A model generated the notes under the pieces. It saw only the letters and a list, made by a program, of their open reading frames with translations, did not search any database and was not told the origin of the DNA. From Basidiobolus ranarum (lineage: Eukaryota): a DNA stretch of 40,361 bases. Position numbers and translations under genes: made by a program. Positions 24,472 through 37,511 of this stretch are shown piece after piece. The DNA lies in the NCBI GenBank assembly GCA_040143965.1, contig JASJQH010000038.1:1-40361 (forward strand), written 5' to 3'. Positions within the stretch are counted from its first letter, which is position 1. Every line of letters starts with the position of its first letter.

Positions 24472-26313
24472 TTAGTTTAACATCTTGGACATATATGGTC
24501 CGTCAAGTTCATATCCTAATTTACGATAGTAGTGACGAGTTCCAACACCTGAAATAACTGCTAGCTTAACACTGCCGTGCTCTTCACGGGCGATTCTCTC
24601 AGCTTCTTCCATTAACAAGGTACCATACCCTTGATGCTGGAACTTGGTAGGATCTCTGTTGTGGATGGGCACCGCTGTACCATACACATGCAATTCTCTA
24701 ACGAGTGAGGACTGGCCGGGTTTAGTCAGCTCAGGTCTGAACGCAGCTTTACTACATTTACGCAAGCGTAACAATCCAATCAAAATGTCTTGCTTGGGAT
24801 CTTCGTAGGAAAGGAATGTCTCCCAGCCACCATTTGCAACATAGTCTCGTCTGATCAATTCTACTTGATCCGGCAAAATCTTGCTATGGATGTCGACAAT
24901 ACCGACTTCTCTGGTTCTAACATCTCGACATTCTGTACCTAAATCCTTCATTCTGTTCAATGCTAGCTCTCTGAGATTTCCGTGCTCCACACCAGACGTA
25001 ACCAACGGCATGGGAATATCTCTTTGCACACGATAAATTCTGGTCCAAGGTGGAACAAGAGCGAGAATTTTGGCAACCAAATCCACTAGAGCATTTGGAG
25101 TATAATTCTTGTAACGTCCGGTACGCCAGAGTTCGTAAAGGCCTGTGCCACGAATTACTAGGGTAGGGTAGATTTTCAATCCATCGGATCTAAAAGCAGG
25201 GTTTTCAAAGTATTCCTGACGTTCAAATAAGTGCTATGATTAATAACTGTGTTATGTGTATGCAACGAATCATTCTCACCTTGAACTGGTCCAAATCACG
25301 TTCCATGCCAACATTAGGTAAATCAGGCATCATATGGGCAACTACTTTGTAACCAGCATCTTTAGCTAATTGGAAAGACTCGCATACGGCACGAACTGTA
25401 TGTCCTCTATTTGTGTCTCTGGCAACATCTTCATAAACACTCTGTACTCCAATCTCTAGACGTGTACATCCATACTTCAGCATTTGACTCAAATGAGGTT
25501 TCAAGCAGTAATCTGGCCGTGTCTCAATAGTGATACCAACACATTTGGTTTGACTCTGTTCTGACATTCTGAGTAGGTTCATTTTTAGTTATGCTTCTAC
25601 TTCATTAAAAAGGTCATACTTATATAGAATACCTGACAGCTTCGTCAACTCCATCACTAGTGTGTCCTGAAAGGGCGTCGTGCATGTTGGCAATAAACCA
25701 ATCACGATAGTCTTCAGGCATTGACATAAAAGTACCACCCATAATAATATATTCAACCTACATAGGAGACTTAATAAGGGGACAATAAAATAGTATGCAT
25801 GGCCAATCTATTTTAACTTACCTTGTCAACACTATGTCCTAAACTTTTCAATTGGTCGACACGACCTCTAGCTTGTTCGAAAGGATTGTAGCGAGCACGA
25901 ATGGCACGCATACTTGTAGGTTCGTAACCAGTGTAAGATTGGGTTGAATATTCAAAATCGGAGTCAGGCCCACCAGGGCAGTAAACACAAATATTTCCGG
26001 TCATAGCAATATGAGGACAACGATGTGGCTTACACATTAGAGCAACAACGGCGATACCAGAGGCGGATCTGACGGGCTTAGCACGAAGCTTTGGTAGTAA
26101 AATCTTCTTGTATTGTTCGGGAATAGCTGCAATGATATCAACTAATTTCGGCTGATTTGCAAGCTTATTCTTGCGTGATATGTTTGTCTTTAAACCATTT
26201 AGATTTACGTTCTTTCCAACCTCATGTGCAGCAACTAATTCGTTCACGATCTCGGCACATGCTTTGACTAATCTTTCCGCTTGGTTAGGACCTTTCTTAC
26301 CTTTTCCAGACAT
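24472..26313 (-). CDS. ELP3: Elongator complex catalytic subunit Elp3 (radical SAM plus acetyltransferase)
   Basis: [45 protein letters not shown] and [11 protein letters not shown] motifs; three introns. Confidence 0.98.
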
Positions 26314-26744
26314 GGTATTGTTTATAATCGAGCAATTACTACTCTAACTATACTTTGTAGGGGAATATCAAGTCAAGAATACTGAGAATGGAGTGTGTAG
26401 AATAAATTTGATTCCAATTGCACTGGTTTTTTTTTCTTTTCAATTTTTCTGTGAAATGATTAGTATTTAAATCAAAGTAGTATGTTAGTTTTGTTTATCT
26501 TGACCAATTTAATCGAGCTTCCACTGCAACCTTATTAAATTTAAGAAACCATTCTTGGTCTTCCGATTTCGGGATGCGATGCTGAAATTAGTAACCCGTT
26601 TATAATTAATTGTTCAATTTAAGTTAAACAGTCTTGCGACCACACGTGGTAACTATCGCATTTAGCAAGGTTTCAAGTATTGGTCAATGTTACAGAGGCT
26701 TTGTTAGATATTTCAACACATAGGCCATCTCTCCTAGTTATTCT

Positions 26745-29700
26745 ATGGTTTTTTCCAGAGAAAAACGGCATCATGACAGAATACAACCACCTTTAAGCGA
26801 TGCAAATTCCTTTGTTTCTTTTGATTCGTTGGGGTACGATTCGGAGGGTGGAGACTCGGGAGTTATTTCCAAGATTTTCAACCGAGTTAAAAGTTCTTTG
26901 AATAATGCTTCTGTATCGAGTCTAAACATTAGCCATGATAGTGGTTCAAACTTCTATCAGGTACCTTCTATGCATTCAAATATCTCAGTAACATCCACCA
27001 CATCTATACCTGATAGTAAGGGAGAAGCTTTAACACAAGAAAAAGGTAATATTTTTGACGATGCATCTTCCGTGATAATAAAAGCCTTTATCGTGCCAAG
27101 GTCGGACGTAGAATCGGAATTGGAACTCGGTGAGGAGCCTCCTAGCCACCCTAGGACCAAGCAGTTACAGGTTACAAATAAAAGCTCTTTCAGTAATATA
27201 GTAAGGCGTTTGCGCGGAGAAGGTATCAATAAAGATTATTGGATGAAAGATGACCACTGCAAAGAGTGCTATGAATGCAAGGATCCATTTACTACCTTCA
27301 GAAGAAAGCATCATTGTCGTATTTGTGGTAAATACTAGAATATTTTCAGAGATAACTAATGTATATTTGACAGCAATATTCTCTTGATATTAATACCATT
27401 ATTACTTTTTCTGTTATAGGACAGATATTTTGTTCCAAATGCTCGTCCAAAATTATTCCTGGCGAACGCTTCGGTTATCCTGGATTGATGAGGGTTTGCA
27501 ACTATTGTTCTTCTCTCATCAGCACTGAATACCCACAAGATCATGAATCATTGGATAGCAGTTCCATCGAGGAGCCTTCAGTATCTCCTCCATCCGCACC
27601 TCTCCCTATTCTATTATGTTCCTCGGATACCTCAGAGAACGCCCCAAGTTTGTCGACACAAGCACTTGCAACATCTATTTCTAATCCACCAAAGTTACTA
27701 AGCCGGAAACTTTCGTTCTTGGCACCCCCAGCACATGTTACTTTACCAAACTCTATCACCCCTACTGTAGCCTTAAGCAATGCCGAGCCAACGGCCACAT
27801 ATGCTCTGAGCTCACTAATAGATGCAAGTTCAGTGGAAGGGTTTAAAAGAATGCTATCTGGAGGCGCGAATATCTTTAATAGGTCAAGGGCCAATACATT
27901 TTCCGAAGAGTCTGGCAATGATACCAATTTCTTAGCCCCATTTCATAATCATACAGCAGAGTACGCAAAGTACACCGGCTTGGTCGACCCAAATCTCCTA
28001 ATTGATCCCGAAATTGCGCCTTTTATGAGTGATGATGAGGATGAATCTCCATTTGACTCATGGATTACTATACCGGCGAATTTTGTTCCAACCGAAGCAC
28101 AGATGCTCGAGTTCTCTCCAGAAATTGGTTCGGTCTGTACTACTCCAATCCCAATTAATGAAGGACAAGCTGGAGAGGATGATTCTTTAGATATGAGCTC
28201 AATGTCATATCCGGTCTATAACAATAAGGAGAAACCGTCAAGAGGCAACTTCAACAGAGATAAGGCGACACATCCCAACCACAATTCACCTCTTTGGAGA
28301 TCGCGTAGTCCTAGCTTTCATTCTAAACTAAAGCCAAGGAATTTTATGGGAAGCAATAATGGGCATCCACATTGGAGTAAAGGGCACAGACATCATCAAC
28401 GAGTGAATTCTACGCCTGTTAATGTGGAGATAAACGCTGCCTCGCTTCAGCATATTAGAAAATTGTTACTACAAACGCTCAATGAGTTAGAGGCGGATGT
28501 GCGTGAGGGTTGGGAGCAAGTACTGATGAAATTCTTCTTGAAACTTTCAGATAGCGTTCGCCCCAATGTTAGATCAGGTGATGACATCGACATTAGAAAT
28601 TACATAAAAATCAAAAAAATCCCAGGTGGCTCACCGGCAGACTGCGAATATGTTAATGGCTTTGTTTGCACCAAGAATTTAGCACATAAGAGAATGCCGC
28701 GTATACTAAAGAATCCGAGAATCATGATACTTACTTTCTCTTTGGAGTACCATCGAGTGGATAATCAATACTTATCGCTGGAACCGGTGTTGGCACAGGA
28801 GAGAGAGCATCTCAAAAATTTAGTAGCGAGAGTAGTTGCGCTAAGACCTACACTTATCATCGTAGAAAAAAGTGTCTCAAGATTGGCGCTGGAATTTCTT
28901 ATGAAAGCAAATGTTGCAGTAGCGTTCAACGTCAAGCCTACGGTAGTCCAAACAATAGCAAGATTTACTAGAGCAGATGTCATTTCATCGATCGACAAAT
29001 TATCACTTGAGCCGCGCCTAGGTAGATGTGGTACATTCAGTTTACGTACATTTGCCCATGAATTGATAGCAGGCAAGAAGAAAACTTTCATGTTCTTTGA
29101 AGAGTGTCCTAAAGAGCTTGGATGTAGTATTATACTTAGAGGAGGAAACATGGATATGCTTAGCAAGATCAAACAACTTACCAACCTTATGGCATTTGTC
29201 GCATTTAATCTCAAGCTGGAGTCTTGCTTGTTAAGAGATCAATTCGCTTTAAATCCAGTAGTTAATTCTGAGACAGAGAGACTATTCAACTCTCGCCAAC
29301 AAGAGGAATCTGAGGCCATGATTACAGTGATTGGTGACGATGCCGAGACTGTAGATGATGAACTAGTCTCGAACATCTCTATCGACCAAATCATTGCTGC
29401 CATCAAGCCTTTCGAAACCAAGATTTTATCTGCTTCACCTTTCGTCAAATTTCCCCTCCCTTATCTTCTGTCTACTATGAGAGATGATGCTCTCAAACTG
29501 ATTGCGTTAAAGAGAATCCGAAAGAATCAAGATGTTACTTCCGCTCACTTGATCAAGATTTTTTCGGAGGAAGAGCAAGGGCGTATCCGAAACATGACTG
29601 ATATCGACTACAGGGATCTCATACAAGAGTATATATCTAACATCAACGCAGGAGAAAATTATTTAATGTCCAATAATTTCGATATTTCGCCATTTGCTCA

Positions 29701-32700
29701 CCAAAATATTCTAGTGTTGTATTTTAATATTTGCAAAGAGAATACTACACCCTGCCAGGCACCGGAAATTCATCCCATAGAATATTATCGTAAAACTGAT
29801 GTCACTTTGGGCCAATATCTGGAGGAATTGTGCTTCGATTCAAACTACGTTTGTCCATCTTCAGACTGCGATAAGCCTCTTAAACTTCATTTCCGAAGCT
29901 ATGCTCATGGAGATGCTAGGGTTACTGTTAAAATAGAGGATTCTGAATCAAGAATGCCAGGTATCGACCAAACGATTTTGATGTGGAGTCACTGTAAGAT
30001 ATGTAAAAAGGATACCCCTGTGGTGCCAATGTCGGAAGAAACCTGGAACATCTCCTTTGGAAAGTATATGGAATTAACATTCTACCGTAAAGACCTGAGT
30101 TGCCGTGCCGGTATATGTCCACACAACATTCATCGAGAACACATTCGTTTATTTGCTTTGAGTAACTTGGTAGTCAGGTTTGAATACGAACCTATTGAGC
30201 TCTTAGAGTTGGAAGTGCCCTCGATTGAGTTGAAGTTTAAATCGGATGTCAACATTAGTTTGAAAAACGACGACATCGAAAAGCTTCGAATCGATATTGT
30301 AAAATACTGGGATTCCGTGGCAGAGAGACTAAAAACTGTCACATATGAAAATGTAACGGCTAGTAAATTGGAGGCGTGTAAGCAAGAGATCGGAGAGATG
30401 ATTCAAAAAATGGTTGCTGAGAAAACCTACTTCTTACAAATGTTGCAGCAAACTTACGATGAAAGTCTACCGACCGATACGATGACTCTGAACGAGGTGG
30501 TTCGTATCTTACAAGAAAAGGTGATCGAGTGGGATGAAGACTTTAGTGAAATGGCGACGAAATATTTCCCAGCCGATAGAAAGCTGTCCACTGCTCAGTT
30601 CAAAAAACTGTTCCCAGAAAAGGAATTTACCATCAATGGGTTAGAGTCACTTAGAGGTACTCTGAGTAAAGATTTCGGCCTGGACGGGACTACTCTTATG
30701 GTAACTGGCCAGCCCGAAGAATACTTCAAACCGAAACTACTACCTCTTCTGGGATCGTCCCCTACTTCATCTGAGTTTCAATCTAGTGGAGAGACTTTTA
30801 ATGATATTGAGTCTCCGGAAAGCAACAATTATGAAACTGATAATATGGTTTTCTCTTCACTAAGTCGACCACTTTATCGTAAATACTCTTTACAGATGAT
30901 GAGGGAATTTAAGGAGCAACAGCGCACATTACAGAGACCGAAGTTGATATCCCAAGGGTCCCACTCTCTAACTTCTGGAAACTCGAAACCTCGATTGGAT
31001 AGGAATGAAAGTGGATCAAATATATCTCAACGTTCTGGTCCATCTTCCATAGCCCCTGTCAAGGCAAGTGATTCTCCCAATCAAGCAACCACGGATACAG
31101 CGATTCTTTCACAATCTGCACCACAACGTATATCTCGCCTATTGAACCCCACGAAGTCTACCGCTGCAAAGTTCCACAATATTACTGAGAAAGTTAGCCG
31201 TTTGGAGAAATTACGCCCTAGAAGTAATAAAGGAGAAGGACTGAAGGATAAGAAAGGTAATCTGGATAGATCCAACAACCCCAAGCTTCCGATGCTCCAA
31301 ACTCGTATCGCTTCTACTGGATTTGACAAGCAAAGAATCGTTGATAGGCTCTTAAGCAAAGTACAGCCGCTTACCAGAAGCTCAAGTGTCAAAAGAGTTG
31401 GTAAGCCGGTCATTGAGGTCTACTCTAATGCCAAAGACGCAGTCACCGAAGACTCAGACGATGAGTATGAGATAAGCTCTGGTAGAAGGAAAAAAGACAA
31501 GGTTAATGAAGGAGTACACCCTTTCTCGTTGACTCGTCCTGATGCCTTTGATGCCTCTTTAGGCGATGAGGATTATTATCCTCATTCTGGTCGGTCATCC
31601 CTTGAAGAATTTATCTATGATGGCGCATTGACTTTCTTAGGAAAAGAAGGAGACTTTCCACCTCCGTCCCCTCCACGTTCGCCTTATCCTTTGGATGCTT
31701 ATTCTGATAGGACGCATAGTCCATCACCTAGTGATATACAAGGAAGCTCCTTGACCAGTATACCCTCAAATCATTTACAGATCGATAACGAGCTACCCGG
31801 CACTGCTGAAAGATTGTCCTTGATGAAAACCATCACCAATTTCTGGGGAGTAGGAAATTCAGCCAATTTTCAACCTTTAGAATACCCTTTGTAAGTATAG
31901 TTTATTCTCTAAATTACTCTACTGCAGAAAGTCCGTTTTATTGACAAGTCTATTGCACCCAGGATTCCCACAGAACATATATTTCCTGACTCCTTAATTA
32001 TTGTTCGTGAAGATGAGCCTAGTTCCATTATTGCGTTTACCTTGAGGTATTACATTAATTTGGTAGTATATATATCTACTCTGAACTAACAATATACATT
32101 GGTTAATTTAGTTCTAGGGATTACAAGGATAAACTGGAATCAATGTTGAGGAATCAAAACCTACGGGATTCATATGTGGATCAAGGTGATTCTGATTGCG
32201 AAGAAGTTTTCGAACTTAATGACGCTAGTGATATGAATGGAGATCATAACTCTATCCCAGATATTGAAGAAACGTTATTGAGACCTACCGGAACACACAT
32301 CAAATATCGTAAGTTGACTAAATCTGCTTCCGAGTATTTTAACAGTCAAAGTTGACACTTTATTTTGAATATATAGAATTCTCGGAAGGCTCAACCACAC
32401 TATTTTGTAAAATCTTCTACGCTGAACAATTCGACGCTCTCAGAAGACAATGTGGATGTGAGGAAACCTACCTAGAATCTTTGGCTCGTTGTGTTAAATG
32501 GTCAGCTACTGGCGGAAAATCAGGGTCCGCTTTTTTGAAAACTAGAGATGATCGATTGATTATGAAGCAAATGTCACGTTCAGAAATGGATGCATTCTTG
32601 AAATTTGCACCCTATTACTTTGAATACTTATCAAAGGCATTCTTTCATGAGGTATTTCTCAAAGGCTCAGCATCCGACTAGACTTAGTACCATTTACTTA

Positions 32701-33494
32701 CCTGTCAATATAGTTACCCACATTACTTGCCAAAATCTATGGCTTTTACCGCATTGGCTACAAGAACTTAGCCACAGGACGCTCTATGAAGATTGACGTA
32801 TTGATCATGGAGAACATATTTTATCAGCGGAAGATGTCAAGGGTACATGATTCTTTGTTTGCTAAACTCAATTACCCTCTTGATACTTACCGTTCATTAG
32901 ATTTTTGATCTGAAAGGATCTACAAGGAATCGTCATGTTCAATCAACTGGCAATGAAAATGAAGTATTGCTGGATGAGAATTTGATGGAATGTAAGGATT
33001 ATTTTGACATGTAGCACCAAAGAGACTTTAAACTAATCCTACTGTTAGTTGCCTTCCAATCACCTCTGTTCATCCGAGAGCACTCGAAGAACTTACTGCG
33101 TACTTCGGTGTGGAATGATACACTGTTTTTGTTTAAGAGAAATGTTATGGACTACTCACTTCTGGTCGGCATCGATGAAGAGAAGCATGAATTAGTGATT
33201 GGTATCGTTGGTAAGTACAATTTTTCGCAACATGCTATCCTCTCGTAAACAACGGTATTAACTGAAAGCATCCAAGACTTTATACGGACATTTACCTGGG
33301 ATAAAAAATTAGAATCGTGGGTTAAAGAATCCGGAATTTTAGGGGGAGGAGGCAAGGAGCCTACTATTGTATCTCCACGGCAATACAAGGTTCGATTTAG
33401 AGAGGCCATGGAAAGGTACTTCTTGATGGTACCGGATAAATTTTGCGACCCAAATTCCATCCGTAAAGGCACTCGAGCTGCACCAAATCTTTAG
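26745..33494 (+). CDS. FAB1: 1-phosphatidylinositol-3-phosphate 5-kinase Fab1/PIKfyve
   Basis: FYVE domain ([22 protein letters not shown]), TCP-1-like domain ([10 protein letters not shown]) and PIP kinase domain ([44 protein letters not shown]); eight introns. Confidence 0.96.
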
Positions 33495-34930
33495 ATTCGT
33501 TTACGAACGCATCAATGCTCTCACATCGGCGTTTAGTTTAATTACTGGTTATCAGCACAAACCATCACTGGGGCATAAATACGGGCTTAATATCTTTTAC
33601 TCTCTGTCCTGGAACACATTTACAAGCATAAAAAAAGACCACTATTATTCATCCATATATCCTAATACCTCTATATCCCTGCATTCTATCACCTTTACTT
33701 CTATCGGCTTCTTACTCTCTTCTATTTTTTATTGTATAGTCTTGGGGATATTCTAGGCCCTTTTTATTGTATCAACAACAATAATGTCAGCAACTAAATC
33801 TGGTTCGTTCTTTGTCGAGTAGAATTTTGTTCCTTCGTATGAATCCAGTACGAAATCAGTCTCCGATGATTACTTTATATTGCTGAAACCTTGTGTTAAC
33901 TCGCCAAAGATATGGAATTATCTTTAGCCCCATTTAGCAGTGGCGTGCAGCGCAGCTGATCAATGGTTCATAAATATACATATTTATCCCTACTCTAGTA
34001 ATCTTCACGCTGATAGGGTGAGGCCCCAAAAGGAAAAATTATATTGGAATCGATGGAGTGTTGTGTCAACCATTGATCGGTTTTCGAAATGCAAGCGAGA
34101 TGTTGTCGTGTCCCCTAACAGACGTCAGAGGTTCTGCAACTTTTTCAGTAGTGAAAGGGTGGGAGCATCGTGCATGGACTTTCCTTGATACTGCTGGATG
34201 CACTGATCAACCTTCTTCCCCTACATATTCCCTTGCTTCAAATCTACATGAGCGTAGACCATCATCGGATGGCCCTTGCCTAAAGTCTGTGTTTAGGAAG
34301 CGGCCAATTATCTCTACATACATGTTTGAGGCGAAACTCACTATTACTGTGTGTTCAGCGTACAAAGGATCAACATAAACTTAATATACCTTCAATGCAT
34401 TCATTTATTAGTGCCGTCTCTCTGGTGTTGGATTGATCGAGTACAATTGATAAGCCTAATACGAAAATAGAAATCCCTCTTAATAGTTATTTCTTTGTGT
34501 TGATTTAACAGTCATGAATACATTGTATCCTTTCGTATATATATCTGTGTATATGCAGCCTTTGCATCCAATTATTGTCCTAGGATCCTAATATTGTTTC
34601 TGATCATAATAATCGTATAGGTCATCTTCTATTTTTTCCAGAGAGTCTACTTCCTTGAACATTTGGTCTCCTTGGTTTCTTGACCCTGTCTTTACTCGTT
34701 ACCTTTTCAGTCGTAAATTTATCCTTCTATACTTATTTCCTTAACACTCTCGAGCCTTGGTCCCTTTTTTCTTTTTCTTACAAACTAGATGAAATTTCTG
34801 TGTCTATACACAGCCAACATAGCGACTTGTTAAATAACCACACAGTTCTTACTTTGCTTTACGTCGTTCTTATACGAAGTATACCACTTTTCTTTCTTTA
34901 TTAACCGCACAGACTCTGGATATTTGGGTA

Positions 34931-36621
34931 ATGTTGGTTCTGAAGAGGAATCAGCTGACTTCAGAAGATTTAATTAAAACCGAGCACGTAAGTAGCGTCA
35001 TACTTTCTATCTGACTCCAACCTCTCCAGTTTTACTATTATCGAGAACGTTTTCAAACTTTCATATACTAAACTTCACTTTTATTCCAAATATTTTAAAC
35101 CAGATTGTTCGTAAAGTCTCTAGTGGAAGGTTGAATGGACTTGACCTTACCTTTGACGTATGGAACTGGACACGACCGGAGCTTTATGGAATAATCGTCG
35201 GAGTTTTCTCACAACTTGACTTACTAGACGTGTTAAAGGTCTCAGCTTCTCAACTCTTGGATTTCATAGTGGACATTGATCGAGGCTATGTTAGTACGCC
35301 ATATCACTCGTTTCTTCACGCAGTTGATGTGTTCATTATGACATACAACTTGATCAGCTACTCGCATGTTAAAAGTTATCTTATTGATTTGGATTTAATA
35401 GCGTTGTTAATTGGCGCACTGTGTCATGATATTAAACATGTAAGTGATTTATCGGTACTCCCAATCACCCTTATAACACCCATCTAAATGGAATGATTTT
35501 AGCCTGGACTGAATAACCTTTATCAGGTGAACGCTAAAACTGAACTTGCTCAACGATATAATAATGAATCCGTACTTGAGAAATTCTCTTGTGAAGAAAC
35601 AGTCCAATTGCTGGAAAAACACCAACTTTTAAATAATGTTCAGTCCAAAAGTAGTCTTGAGGGGCTAGAATGCACCCATGGTAATTACGTTAAAAATTCT
35701 ATCCTGAAATGTATAATGTCTACCGATATGTCAGTGCATTTCGGTCTCATTGAGCAATTTACTACTGTGGTCGATATTCTTACCATATCTCCTACGTGTG
35801 AAGACTTCCCTACAGTAGGTGAATCCGAACACAATCCAAATTTACCCGGAAGTTGCCTGTTACCTCAAGCAGAGCATCGACAAACAGTTTGTAATGTTCT
35901 ACTCCACGCTGCGGATATCAGTAATACAGTTCGACCATGGGAATTGTGTAAACGGTGGTCAGACGTTATTCTGGAAGAATTTTTTTATCAAGGAGATATG
36001 GAGAAATTTCATAAGCTACCTGTATCACCAAGTATGGATCGAGAACACTCTAATCAAACGGATATCAGTCTTAAATTTGGAGATTTCGTGGTTAAACCGT
36101 TCTTTGAAGTATTGGCAGATTTTTGCACCGAAGTTCAACCATTGTTGACGAATTTATGCGAGAATCGAGCACGTTGGTTAAGCTTGGATACGGTTGAACC
36201 ACCTCGTAGATTGCTTCTTGTAAATAATAACACTAGGAGATTAAGCGTTCCTGCTGGAACCTTGGATATCCCGGATTTTCCCTCATTACCATCCGCTTCA
36301 AGAAGACACTCCACTGACATTCAAAGGAAACCTAGAAGACATCGTCTGGCAAGCTCAATTGAATTTTCAACATCCACTAGTGAACATCGCAAATCCAGTT
36401 TGGTAAACATCCCACCGGCGATATCTGAAGCGGATAATGAGGAAGAAAACGGAGAAAAAGCGGGATACTTGCAAATCGAAAGAGCTTCACGAAGATCCAA
36501 TCGAAGAGCATACTCTCTGGATCATACACACCTTCTGAGCAAGAAAAAACGGTTTGAAGAAACAGTTCGTATACCATCACCTTTACATGAAGTCACCTCG
36601 GAACTTGAAAATCATAGTTAA
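34931..36621 (+). CDS. class I 3',5'-cyclic-nucleotide phosphodiesterase
   Basis: Exons 34931-34987, 35104-35439 and 35503-36621. PYHSFLHAVDV, HDIKHPGLNN, STDMSVH, LHAADISN and EEFFYQGD motifs. The start codon is less certain. Confidence 0.92.
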
Positions 36622-36779
36622 AATGAACCAACGTAGCATATTCCATCGTCTATAACATCCACCCATCTTTTTTCTTATTGAATAAGCAGAAGTGATCCGC
36701 CATGATCCAATCCAATCACTCACATAATTGATTTCTTACGCACCTTTACTGAGATACTATGGGTGATGCTTAGATATTT

Positions 36780-37400
36780 TGGAAGTAGATTTTATTCAAT
36801 CACATCAGAAGTTGTAGGTTCATGGGAATCGAAAAATACTTCTTATCATATCTAATCCTAAAAATCAATTACTATCTTTACCCCTTCATAGTTTAAATGG
36901 GTTTGATACTTCTTTGTAGATCCTTCTCCAACCTAAAATACCCATTGATACATGACTGGAAATTGTCTCGATGGAACTTTGGTCCATTCCCACCATCCAC
37001 GGTCATGGTCATGGTCATTGGAAATTAATCATTCAAGAAATTCATTGATAGTTTAGTAAACTACTTGAAATCTCTTAATTATCTGACTTGATTCAACATG
37101 GATACCATCATATACATCTTAGATATTATGAATCTTTTTACATCTTTCACAAATCCCTTTCCCATCTACACCTCTACATACTCTCTATGATCATGTTTAT
37201 AACCAGTTTCTTCTATGGCAATTATATCCAATATATTTTCCATGAATATTCGATAAATTCATTGGATATATGTGGTTGTAAAACCATGGGGATCATTGAA
37301 TCACAGTGATTTCCATAATAATTTAGATGAACCAAAATGAATCTTCGTAGAATTCGAGTATGTTTGATTTTTAATGTTATATGAGGTAATCAATCATGTT
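36780..37400 (-). mobile_element. possible highly decayed retroelement (integrase-like) remnant
   Basis: AT-rich, CpG-poor intergenic block. One stop-interrupted minus-strand frame reads GKGFVKDVKRFIIS...FTKLSMNFLND*FP, loosely like the LTR integrase zinc-binding/core junction. Weak evidence. Confidence 0.2.
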
Positions 37401-37511
37401 GTATAAAAGGAAAAGGATATAGCAAAAGAGTAGAAGTATTCAAAGTAAAAGCAGTTAACTTGGAATGTAAAAACCTCCAATGTTACCTGAAAAATAACAA
37501 TTCTTCTCGGT

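Noticed and set aside
33940-34378. Two overlapping ORFs between FAB1 and the PDE gene
   Set aside because: Non-ATG starts and no recognisable domain; probably non-coding promoter or leader sequence.
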